A stretch of DNA of 64,000 nucleotides. Origin: Methanothrix sp. (GTDB taxonomy: Archaea; Halobacteriota; Methanosarcinia; Methanotrichales; Methanotrichaceae). Position 1 is the stretch's first letter; each line of letters begins with the position of its first letter. The translations under genes were made by a program, and so were the position numbers. The DNA is taken from contig OY821645.1 in NCBI GenBank assembly GCA_963682135.1, forward strand, positions 64,001 through 128,000, given 5' to 3'. The notes under the pieces were generated by a model. The model saw nothing but the letters and a program-made list of their open reading frames with translations. It made no database searches and was not told the DNA's origin. Below are positions 1-8,693 of this stretch, piece by piece.

Positions 1-851
1 CTGTGCTCTATCAAAAGCATATCCATCAGCAGAAAGGCGTTTTTCACCGACTTGGATCGAGCATGGTTGTTAAAGTACACTCTCACCTTGGCGGCCTTCA
101 GCTCAGCCTCCTTGATGCGAGGCACCCAGGTCTCCAGTTGATCCTTCTTGTAGAGATAATCATATCTATTCAACCTGTGATCGTCCTCCTTTTCACCCTT
201 GTCCTCGCCCTGATACCAGATATCGTAGTTGCGGCCGTGAAAACGCACATAGGCGTGATCCGCGGTCTGCTTTCTGCCGGCATGAATCCCGGGGCCGTCG
301 ATCAGAACATTGGCGACATTCCTCTCTCTCAGAGCCTGCAGAGCATCGGGATCAATCTCCTTCTGGCCCATGCATAGCCAGCTCCTGTGCCGAAACTCGA
401 CTGCGTAGTTGTACTCTTTGTGAGAGACTGAATCCAGAAGGCCTTTTAATGCGGCAAGGGCAGAATCATCATTCTTGAAGTAGGGGGAGAGCTGGAGCAG
501 GACGCCACCCAGAAGGCCTGCTTCTGCCAGCGGCTTTATGCAGGTCTTCTCGAAAGAGGCGGCCCAGAAGACTGCTCGCTCTACATCCCCGTCCACGAGT
601 GCTTTGTGGGTGACGAGCTGAGGCACTTTGACTGAGTACTCGAAGCCCTTCAAATCTCTAGCCTTCTTTATCCAGGACTGGACCTGCTTCTCTCCTGGAG
701 GCCGGTAGAATGTGCTGTTGATCTCTACCGTCTGGAAGTAGTCTGCATAGTAAGAGAACCATTCGCCCTTCTTCCCGGCCAGATTCAACGGGTAGAATTT
801 CCCCACCCAATCATCGTAAGACCAGCCGCTGCATCCCACCAGGATTGTCAT
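1..851 (-). CDS. DUF72 domain protein (3' end runs off the window)
   Basis: Minus-strand frame from ATG at 851 reads MTILVGCSGWSYDDWVGKFYP...YADYFQTVEINSTFYRPP, the typical DUF72 N-terminal motifs. It is absent from the ORF track because there is no stop inside the window. Confidence 0.85.
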   Translation of the reverse strand, partial: MTILVGCSGWSYDDWVGKFYPLNLAGKKGEWFSYYADYFQTVEINSTFYRPPGEKQVQSWIKKARDLKGFEYSVKVPQLVTHKALVDGDVERAVFWAASFEKTCIKPLAEAGLLGGVLLQLSPYFKNDDSALAALKGLLDSVSHKEYNYAVEFRHRSWLCMGQKEIDPDALQALRERNVANVLIDGPGIHAGRKQTADHAYVRFHGRNYDIWYQGEDKGEKEDDHRLNRYDYLYKKDQLETWVPRIKEAELKAAKVRVYFNNHARSKSVKNAFLLMDMLLIEH

Positions 852-997
852 ATTATCTCTTTCGTACAGGTTCGTTAAACCTGCATTTATTACTATTTGA
901 AGTATTAAGATTCTGGACACTTTGATTGCGGACACTTTCGCTCCGCTTCCGGCTTGCCCTCATATCCTCGTAGCTTTTTTGTATGGGGTGATTAGCT

Positions 998-1231
998 ATG
1001 GGGCGAAGTTTCGAGAGTGTGAGGATGGGCGTAAAGGACGTCTCTCTCCGGTGGCTGAAGGCCAGCCGGGCTCTGAAGAAGGATGACCAGATTTACGGGC
1101 AAATGGTGGCACTGATGGCCAAGAAGCACTCCAGCGAGGCTTTCTATGCGCTGGATGATCCGCTGGAAGCAGCGGTGTTCTCGGTGCTGGTGGAGATGAA
1201 AAAGGAGCTGGAGAGGAGGCAAGAAGAATAA
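998..1231 (+). CDS. Small helical PolB2-associated protein (arCOG07300-like)
   Basis: 77 aa with DPLEAAVFSVLVEM, 4 nt upstream of polB2. Size and position match the small accessory gene that usually accompanies PolB2. Confidence 0.65.
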   Translation: MGRSFESVRMGVKDVSLRWLKASRALKKDDQIYGQMVALMAKKHSSEAFYALDDPLEAAVFSVLVEMKKELERRQEE

Positions 1232-1235
1232 GCAT

Positions 1236-3191
1236 ATGTGGATCTTCGACTCTTACTACAAGGGCTGCGTGGAGCTGTGGGGCCGGGAGAGAGGTCTCAC
1301 CAAAGCCAGTGCGACCTATCCTCAATCGTTCTACATGCATCTTCCGGACCCTCCCGCTCACAGGGAGATGATCGAGGCTCTGGAGAGTCGCTTCAAGGTA
1401 GAGGATTGTAGCTTTAAAACCATCTTCGGCACTTTTCAGGGCCACAGGATATATGCCGACCGAAAAGTTGCCGAGAAGATCGAGATCCAAACCCGCCACC
1501 AGGTCGAACTCTACAATGTCGATGTCCGCCAGGACCAGCGTTATCTGGCCGAGCACAATCTCTTCCCCTGTGGAGATGGTGATGATTCCCGGTTCTCGCC
1601 CGACTTTGCCGTTCCCCTGACCAGCCTGAAGCTGCAGCTGGCCGGTGATCCTTCTCTGCCCGGGGATATCAGCATCAGTCGCATTGAAATCCAGAATGGC
1701 CGCAAGCGAAGGCTGGAAGGATCGGAGAGAATGGTTCTCTGTGACCTCCTGGATCTCATCAAGGCTCATGATCCCGACCTGATCCTGTGTCCTCATGCCG
1801 ACACCTGGATTCCCATCATCCTCCGCAAGGCCAAAAGATACGGCCTGCAGTCCACCATCAGCCGCAGCGGCTTCTTCAAGCCGATGGCCTCCAAGTCCTA
1901 CTGGAGCTATGGAAAGGTGAGCCACAAAGAGGGCGCTCTCATCCCCGAGGGCCGGATACTCATAGACACTGCCAGGAGCTTCGTCTATGCCGAGAGCGGC
2001 CTGAAGGGCGTACTCATGGCCTCCCGGCTCTCCGGTCTCTCGCCGAACCTCACGGCCCGCTTCACGCCCGGAACACTCATCTCCAGCTACGAGGTCTTCG
2101 AGGCGCTGCGCCGGAACATAGCAGTGCCCTTTCGCAAGAGAGATGCAGAGGGCCACAGAAATATTTGCGAGCTGAGGGCCTGCGACAAAGGCGGCATGAT
2201 CTTCCAGCCCGAACCTGGGGTGTACGAGGCCGTCCACCAGATCGATTTCACATCCCTCTATCCCTCGATCATTGTGAAGTACAACCTCTCCCCCGAGACC
2301 ATCAGAGATCCCGAGCAGAAGGGCTTTTTGAGCACCGTTATCTCCTCGCTGCTCAATTTGCGCATCGAGACCAAGAGGCGAAAGAAGATCGACCCGGATT
2401 ATGCCGGCATAGACTCCATCCTTAAGTGGATGCTGGTAACCTGTTTCGGCTACACCGGCTACCGCAATGCCAAGTTCGGCCAGATCCAGGTCCATGAGCG
2501 GATCACTGGTATCTCCCGGGAGCTGCTCATGCAGATCAAGGAGCTGGCCGAGGTAATGGACTTTCAGGTCCTGCACGGCATTGTGGACTGTTTATGGGTT
2601 ATTGGTGAGCCCATAGCCGGCTTCAAGGAAGCTGTGGAGAAGGAGACCGGCATCCTGACGGAGGTGGATTCATACGATTGGATCGCTTTCCTGCCCATGG
2701 CAGACGGCTTTGGTGCCTACAACCGCTACTTTGGGCGGCTGGACACGGGCAAGATGAAGATCCGGGGAGTCATGGCCCGCAAAGCAGATACGCCTGAGTA
2801 CGTGCTGCGCATGCAAAAAGAGCTGTTCGAGATCCTGGCTGGGGCAGGGAGCCGGGAGGAGCTGAGGAGGATGCAGCCAGAGGCGCGAGAGGTGCGCCGG
2901 CGGTACTTGGAGGGGCTTGCAGGGGCAGGTGTAGACATCCGGGAGCTGGCCATTCATCGCCGGGTCAGCAGGCGCAGCTACTCCCGCAGGTGTGCTGAGG
3001 CTATGGCGGTAGCCGCTCACCAGAAGCAGGGTATTGCCCTGGAGCCGGGGATGGAGATAGGCTACGTGGTGAAGGATGCCAAAAGGTGGGAGGTGGAACC
3101 GGATAGGACTGCATCGGAGTACGATGCCGGGTATTACCGCAAACTTCTGGATAAGGCCTGGGAGGAGGTGGCGTATGTATTTACCGTTTGA
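1236..3191 (+). CDS. polB2: Family B DNA polymerase, PolB2 group
   Basis: Motif A QIDFTSLYPSII, motif B LKWMLVTCFGY, and motif C altered to HGIVDC (vs YGDTDS). The exonuclease domain is degenerate. These are PolB2 hallmarks. Confidence 0.88.
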   Translation: MWIFDSYYKGCVELWGRERGLTKASATYPQSFYMHLPDPPAHREMIEALESRFKVEDCSFKTIFGTFQGHRIYADRKVAEKIEIQTRHQVELYNVDVRQDQRYLAEHNLFPCGDGDDSRFSPDFAVPLTSLKLQLAGDPSLPGDISISRIEIQNGRKRRLEGSERMVLCDLLDLIKAHDPDLILCPHADTWIPIILRKAKRYGLQSTISRSGFFKPMASKSYWSYGKVSHKEGALIPEGRILIDTARSFVYAESGLKGVLMASRLSGLSPNLTARFTPGTLISSYEVFEALRRNIAVPFRKRDAEGHRNICELRACDKGGMIFQPEPGVYEAVHQIDFTSLYPSIIVKYNLSPETIRDPEQKGFLSTVISSLLNLRIETKRRKKIDPDYAGIDSILKWMLVTCFGYTGYRNAKFGQIQVHERITGISRELLMQIKELAEVMDFQVLHGIVDCLWVIGEPIAGFKEAVEKETGILTEVDSYDWIAFLPMADGFGAYNRYFGRLDTGKMKIRGVMARKADTPEYVLRMQKELFEILAGAGSREELRRMQPEAREVRRRYLEGLAGAGVDIRELAIHRRVSRRSYSRRCAEAMAVAAHQKQGIALEPGMEIGYVVKDAKRWEVEPDRTASEYDAGYYRKLLDKAWEEVAYVFTV

Positions 3192-3475
3192 TTTATATAG
3201 TATTACATTAAAAACATAATAAAGTTGTTCGACTCTTAATTCACATGTATTAATCAAATTGGAGTATACCATCATGATGTATTTATCTTGGTAGGGATGA
3301 GTATGGGGCGCCCCAGGAAAAACAGAGACAACTTGGTTGGCAGGGCAGGTCGGCAGGCTATAGAGCAGGAAGATCTGCAGCGTGAGTCGCAGAAGTGGAT
3401 GCGTAAGAAAGAGACGCTGGCCAGGTTTGCGCAGCGAATCGATAGAAGCCGCTAAAATGAGATAGGAGATATAAA

Positions 3476-3820
3476 ATGAGTGATGAAACGGTTAAGTCAA
3501 GGATTTGCCCTGCTATGGGTGTGTGCCATTTGGAAACGGGCGTGCAGGCGATCATCCCTATGCAGATAGAGCCGGAAAAGATTGTTGAGGCACTGGAAGC
3601 CGTTCTAAATGCCGTTAAAAACAATATAGCAGAGGGCGTTGGCTGTTATCAGATAGCATGTATGATGTCGAACGACGTTGGCGCGATGTTGGTGGTAAGC
3701 ACTGATACCGATGATGGCATACCTGAATCACTTGATGCGCTCCAAGTCGCGGCTAAGGCATTTGCCCAGGGTGCAGTCAATGCAAAAGCCAAATGGGAAA
3801 TGCAGAATAAGAATGAGTAA
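3476..3820 (+). CDS. Hypothetical protein
   Basis: 114-aa ORF preceded by AGGAGA, with protein-like composition but no recognised motif. Confidence 0.55.
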   Translation: MSDETVKSRICPAMGVCHLETGVQAIIPMQIEPEKIVEALEAVLNAVKNNIAEGVGCYQIACMMSNDVGAMLVVSTDTDDGIPESLDALQVAAKAFAQGAVNAKAKWEMQNKNE

Positions 3821-3843
3821 TTGTATGATTGTATGATTGTATG
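3820..3843. repeat. 8-bp tandem repeat (ATTGTATG)x3
   Basis: Three perfect copies directly after the 3476-3820 stop codon. Confidence 0.85.
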
Positions 3844-4216
3844 ATGGTTTTGGCCAGAGAGGCTAATTGCAATGGCCATGCGTGCTGCATGCTCCCACGT
3901 GGCAACCTGCGTGCCGGGCCTGGGGGCCACGGTGATTTTTTGCGATTTCTATAAAATGCAGTCTCAAAGATAGGCAAAGTCAACCATGAAGAGGGCTGCC
4001 AATTCAGCCGAATTAAGCTATAGTGGTTGCACACTTCTCATAATCGATAACCTCGATAACCGCAAAGTATATAATTGCCATAGTTCGTATCGTCATCTGT
4101 CGTAGAGTGGGACGGCATTTCGTGACTTGGGTAAATATACTCATGTTTGATCTAGCTTTGGCTCTATCGCAAAAATTAGAAGAACGACTGGAAAATGCAC
4201 ATGTGGGTGGTGTTAT

Positions 4217-4585
4217 ATGAAGTATTCGAAAAAAGCAGTATTTACAGCCCTTTTGATCGCCTTGATTGCCTTGATCGCACCCGTTCTTGCAGAATCGCCC
4301 TCGGAAGCTATAAAACCTAATCGTGATGCCAATAACCAGTCCATTAACAGGACTATAATAAATCCAATGGACCCGGGATATGTTTGGGGAAATCCGCGGG
4401 CCATAAATCTAACCAACTTGAATCCGGGCATATTTGAAAGCAGTGCTTTCAATAAGATTCCTGGCGGCTTGATGTCGGATATGTTCACTGCCAGCATCAA
4501 TAACTTCCGCAGCGCGGACCCCAAGGCAGGCGTCAGCAATGCCACCAGGAAAGCGGCAAAGGTAGGATTGGTTAACTGGCCTTGA
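4217..4585 (+). CDS. Secreted hypothetical protein
   Basis: Signal-peptide-like N-terminus MKYSKKAVFTALLIALIALIAPVLA. Confidence 0.65.
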   Translation: MKYSKKAVFTALLIALIALIAPVLAESPSEAIKPNRDANNQSINRTIINPMDPGYVWGNPRAINLTNLNPGIFESSAFNKIPGGLMSDMFTASINNFRSADPKAGVSNATRKAAKVGLVNWP

Positions 4586-4639
4586 AATGAAATATGATGC
4601 AGGTGAAAAGCTAATAAATCCCTTTGCATATTAGCTATC

Positions 4640-5365
4640 GTGAAATCCTCTGGCCCCCTGGTCTTTACCTTATCTCGGATTGAGAACCTCATGTATCAGG
4701 TGAGCTTTGATCCGGTGAAGATGAATGGAAAAATCATTACCAACACCTCTCTGGTAGAAAAGCAATACCTTAATGAGACGTTAGCCGTCTTTTATGATAT
4801 CATTCAAAGCGGCCTCTCCGTCTCGCCTTTGATTACGTTGGGAGAAGAGAGTGGACTGATACAGATTAAGACCGCTTGCAGTCTGACCATTAGCGGCGTT
4901 TTGCTCAAGTCCGGCATACCGGTGCGCCCCAAAGGCGGCGGCCTGATTGAGGTAATCGAGCGCGAGCCGATCAGATTCACAGACATGCTCATGTACTGGG
5001 CCACAACCATCGATCCCATAGACGTTCTCACCTCTCAGGAGCTGACGGACATCACGGGAATGATGCGTACGGGAAACGGTCGCATCCTGGGAAATCTGCA
5101 GGAGGCACCCATGCTGGCCAGGGAGAAAATCGAGGAGGTGCTTGAGCTTCTTTCTGCGGCAGAGTTTACCGGAGTCCTGGAGCTGTCTGAGCCGAATATG
5201 AATGTGTTGGGCGCTTCTGTGGAGAGGGATCACGTGGGAATAGCTCTAGTGGGCGGCACAAATCTGGTAGCGGCCGCTCGGGAATGTGGTATTTGTATTA
5301 AGCACGAGTCGATCAGTGGGCTGACCGATGTCGCTGAGATGAGGCATATTGAAGAGCTGATTTGA
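4640..5365 (+). CDS. NrpR regulatory-domain protein without HTH (NrpRII-like, DUF128)
   Basis: VFTLSRIENLMYQVSFDP, TACSLTISGVLLKSGIPV, RFTD..Y..TTIDP and GGTNL match the NRD domain. No N-terminal wHTH. Confidence 0.8.
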   Translation: MKSSGPLVFTLSRIENLMYQVSFDPVKMNGKIITNTSLVEKQYLNETLAVFYDIIQSGLSVSPLITLGEESGLIQIKTACSLTISGVLLKSGIPVRPKGGGLIEVIEREPIRFTDMLMYWATTIDPIDVLTSQELTDITGMMRTGNGRILGNLQEAPMLAREKIEEVLELLSAAEFTGVLELSEPNMNVLGASVERDHVGIALVGGTNLVAAARECGICIKHESISGLTDVAEMRHIEELI

Positions 5366-5385
5366 TTTTTGATTGAATTAGCCGT

Positions 5386-5774
5386 ATCCAAGCATGTCCT
5401 GCGTTCTGGGCGGCTCACGCCCTGCGGCGCGTTTTTTCGCGCGCGGCATCCCTGCATAGCGGATTACAGGAAATAACTTAAAAGGAAAAGTTAAGATAGT
5501 AGTAATGCCATCTCGCGGATGCACTAGATTTGGCGAGCATGCCCCTGCCGGGCAGGGCCGTCCGGGCCAGACGGATGGACTTAATGGGACGGAGAACGTC
5601 CCATTTTCACGCATCGAGGTGGTGTTCAGTTTCCTAGGAGATGCGTGAAAGGTCTGTGCATATCGAAAAGGGCCTTATGCAACTGTTAACTTTCTGAAAG
5701 TATTAGTATAAGTTGACATTATGCGTGAAAATCGTCTTTTTTTCGATATCTGTGAAGGCCGAAAAATGGCCGCC
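5386..5774 (+). promoter_or_regulatory. Extended leader of CRISPR array 1 (duplicated at 10786-11282)
   Basis: Near-identical to the region upstream of array 2. Contains BRE/TATA-like GGAAAAGTTAAGATA (~5484) and GAAAGTATTAGTATAA (~5696) and abuts the first repeat. Confidence 0.8.
5507..5674 (+). ncRNA. Candidate structured RNA element, copy 1
   Basis: Hairpins CCCTGC/GCAGGG, CCGTC/GACGG, AATGGGACG/CGTCCCATT and TTCACGCATC/GATGCGTGAA, with closing pairing ATGCAC/GTGCAT. It lies just downstream of a TATA-like box. Confidence 0.5.
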
Positions 5775-6471
5775 GTCTCCATGACTGAAAAGTCGTGGCC
5801 GAATTGAAACTAATGTACGTTCTGCGTATCAATGGTTCCCATGGTAGTCTCCATGACTGAAAAGTCGTGGCCGAATTGAAACTAAAAATCAGATACTAAC
5901 GTTTCGGACTCACGGTCAGGTCTCCATGACTGAAAAGTCGTGGCCGAATTGAAACCATTAGCTAACGCAAAAGAATACCTCGCGCTAACTAAGTCTCCAT
6001 GACTGAAAAGTCGTGGCCGAATTGAAACGCTCTGAAAGCTTGCGTTTCTCGCGTTCCATCTCTTTTGTCTCCATGACTGAAAAGTCGTGGCCGAATTGAA
6101 ACCTTTTATCAGCCATTATACAGCTTCTTGTAAACGAGTCTCCATGACTGAAAAGTCGTGGCCGAATTGAAACCTTGGTTCGGCAGGGAATTCTGTGAGG
6201 TTGTCTGACTGTCTCCATGACTGAAAAGTCGTGGCCGAATTGAAACGGAGAGCTCTGACATTAAATCGCCTCCGACCCTCGCCAGTCTCCATGACTGAAA
6301 AGTCGTGGCCGAATTGAAACCATCTACATCATGTAGTTTTTTCAAACTCACCACTTCCCTTGTCTCCATGACTGAAAAGTCGTGGCCGAATTGAAACTTG
6401 TCAAAGTTCTCTTTGAACTTCAACGAGTGGGCATTGTCTCCATGACTGAACAGTCGTGGCCGAACTGAAAC
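5775..6471 (+). CRISPR. CRISPR array 1: 10 repeats, 9 spacers; repeat GTCTCCATGACTGAAAAGTCGTGGCCGAATTGAAAC (36 bp)
   Basis: Identical repeats with 35-41-bp unique spacers and a degenerate last repeat (6436-6471). The ATTGAAAC 3' end and upstream leader give + orientation. Confidence 0.98.
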
Positions 6472-6559
6472 TCTCTATCGTTTTGATATACCTTCAGAAC
6501 GCTATTTGTAGATATGCAGTCAAAAATAAGACGTCCTGCTAATTGAGACGGCCGGGGAC

Positions 6560-6884
6560 GTGCGGCTGGAAAGTGGCGGCGATACCGATTATGAGCTATA
6601 TGAGCTTATAGGCAAACACCCTGGACAGGGCGCTTATGAGCTCTCTAAGCTGAACGGCTGGACTGCAGGCCGCACACACTCATCAATATTGCGATTGGAG
6701 AAAAAAGGGCTCGTATTTGTGGAGCGCATTGTTCAAGGTGGGAGGACAAAGCTTGTGGTTCGTCCCAGGCCATGGCAGAATTTCTTCACACGATGAAATG
6801 CGTCGGCCCGGATACTTCGATGATGTCGAAAAATGGCTGAGCGAACAGAGGGCTGAAGGGCCACTATCACCGTCGGATCATTGA
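6560..6884 (+). pseudogene. Winged-helix DNA-binding protein, probably frameshifted
   Basis: ELIGKHPGQGAYELSKLNGWTAGRTHSSILRLEKKGLV is a wHTH. The frame stops at 6796, but another frame continues DEMRRPGYFDDVEKWLSEQ to 6884. Confidence 0.55.
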
Positions 6885-8630
6885 GACCGCTTTGGAAAAT
6901 ATCTTTCCCAAACCAAATCCGCTCTCATCCTTTAAAGACCAATCCTTTCCCATCTTTGCATCAGTCTCGCAAGGTATGACCTTTAGCATCTCATTTCCTG
7001 CCTGTTCCATTACTTCTTTGAGGAGCTTAGATGCTTTCGTTGCCTGTTTATCCGGAACTTCCAAAAGAATGCTGTCATGAACTGCATTAATAAGCCGAAA
7101 GTCGCTGTACGCAGGGGAAGCAATCTTTTCGTAGAGCCTGCCCAGAGCGATCTTTTGGAGATCAGCCCCTGTCGCCTGCACAGGAGTGTTTATCAGAGCA
7201 TTTCTGTGCTGAGGATCAACATACCTTATGCGTCCCAATGCAGATCTGGAAATTTTGTATGTCTCACTGCCGATAGCAGTAAGCCTTGCTCTATCTGAGA
7301 CCATTTGCTGCCAGCTCTTCAAACCGGGATAGGCGGCATAAAATCTATATAAAAATTCTTTTGCATCATCCTCGGTCAGGCTAGGCAGATTGGAGAGAAT
7401 CATATTTACTCCGCCCCCATAAATGGTCCCATAATTTAAAGTCTTGGCTATCTGCCTCTCTTCATCTGAGATCCTTGTCTTTTGAAAGATGGCCTGTGCC
7501 GTCTGCTTATGGGGATCAAGACCTTTCTTGAAGATATTTTGCATGGCTTTATCTCCGGAGAGCACGGCAATAATCCTCATCTCAATGGCGGAGAAATCCG
7601 CCTCCACGAAAGTCATTCCCTGCGAGGCCACAAAGAGCTTTTTCAGATGCGGCTCCCTTGGGATCTGCTGAATGTTCGGCCTGGAACAGGTGATGCGACC
7701 ACTTCTGCCGCCCAGCTGGGTCAGCCTTGGATAAATTCGACCTTCTCGGGCATTGTCCGTCCAATTTTTTAAAAATCCGATCTGCTGTCTGAGCTTTCTG
7801 TATTCGAGAAGAGAATTTATGAATGTCTCCTCTGGATGCACCAATAATATTCTCTCCAGGTCCGCAGCCGAAGTGCTCTCCAAGTTATATCCGTGGCTAT
7901 GCAACAACTTCTTCACGTGAACTGGATTGCGGGGATTGAATCCGCTCATTTTCTTCGACTTTGCATATTGTTGCAGCTTCTTCTCCAGTCTGTCCTTTTC
8001 TTTGACCAGACTCTCCAAAAGCCGCCGGCCTTTATCTTCGTTGAAGCCTATCCCGTTGTATTCGATCTCCACTAATGCGGGCAGTGCCTCAAATTCGATT
8101 TTGGCAACTTTTTCCAAACCCTGCATCTTGAGGAGAGCCCTCTGTTTAGCCTGGATCCTCTCCAGAATTGCGCAGGCTCTGGCGGCATAATCCATCTCTC
8201 TCGCCGAAGGCTTGCTTCCTTTGTCTGATGCTTTAGGACTGTCGTCAAAATGCCATCCCAATAAATCCCTGCAAATTGATTGCAGAGAATATTCTTGATA
8301 GGAAAGGCCATTGTCTAGAAGCTGTGAGGCCAGCATGGTATCCCAGAGATTGGGAAGCTCAAGTCTACTGTCGAAAATCTTTCTGATGACACCTAGATCG
8401 AACAGCAGATTATATCCCACAACCTGACAAGACGGGCACTCCAACAAAGGGATGATCTCGTCAAGCAGCTCTGGAGCCAGCAAAGCCTGACCGTAGTCAC
8501 CTGCAATCGAGATGAACCTGAGATTGGATGAGCTTGGCATGGAACCTGCGTCTGTACTCAAATGCAGATAGAAGGTGGAGGGCTCACTACGGGGCTTGCA
8601 GGACCAGGAAGAAAGAAGCGCTTTGGCCAT
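6867..8630 (-). CDS. polA: Family A DNA polymerase (3'-5' exo-like + polymerase domains, no 5' nuclease), CRISPR-embedded
   Basis: SGRITCSRPNIQQIP, motif A ADFSAIEMRIIA, motif B RQIAKTLNYGTIYG, NTPVQATGAD and motif C VHDSILLEV. RBS GAGGAGGT before the ATG. Confidence 0.93.
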   Translation of the reverse strand: MAKALLSSWSCKPRSEPSTFYLHLSTDAGSMPSSSNLRFISIAGDYGQALLAPELLDEIIPLLECPSCQVVGYNLLFDLGVIRKIFDSRLELPNLWDTMLASQLLDNGLSYQEYSLQSICRDLLGWHFDDSPKASDKGSKPSAREMDYAARACAILERIQAKQRALLKMQGLEKVAKIEFEALPALVEIEYNGIGFNEDKGRRLLESLVKEKDRLEKKLQQYAKSKKMSGFNPRNPVHVKKLLHSHGYNLESTSAADLERILLVHPEETFINSLLEYRKLRQQIGFLKNWTDNAREGRIYPRLTQLGGRSGRITCSRPNIQQIPREPHLKKLFVASQGMTFVEADFSAIEMRIIAVLSGDKAMQNIFKKGLDPHKQTAQAIFQKTRISDEERQIAKTLNYGTIYGGGVNMILSNLPSLTEDDAKEFLYRFYAAYPGLKSWQQMVSDRARLTAIGSETYKISRSALGRIRYVDPQHRNALINTPVQATGADLQKIALGRLYEKIASPAYSDFRLINAVHDSILLEVPDKQATKASKLLKEVMEQAGNEMLKVIPCETDAKMGKDWSLKDESGFGLGKIFSKAVSMIRR

Positions 8631-8693
8631 TAGACCTCCTCAGATAAATCTTCATTATATGATTCTATTTCTGAAAACCTATATATCTTTCTG

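Noticed and set aside
996-2576. 526-aa minus-strand ORF and similar long antisense ORFs (8760-9455, 14510-15244, 53204-54127)
   Set aside because: Shadow frames opposite well-supported genes, with no motifs of their own.
5378-5614. Duplicated short ORFs in the leaders (also 10998-11324 and 11011-11205)
   Set aside because: Frames and starts are not preserved between the two copies (indel in the T-run), while base pairing largely is. Better explained as non-coding.
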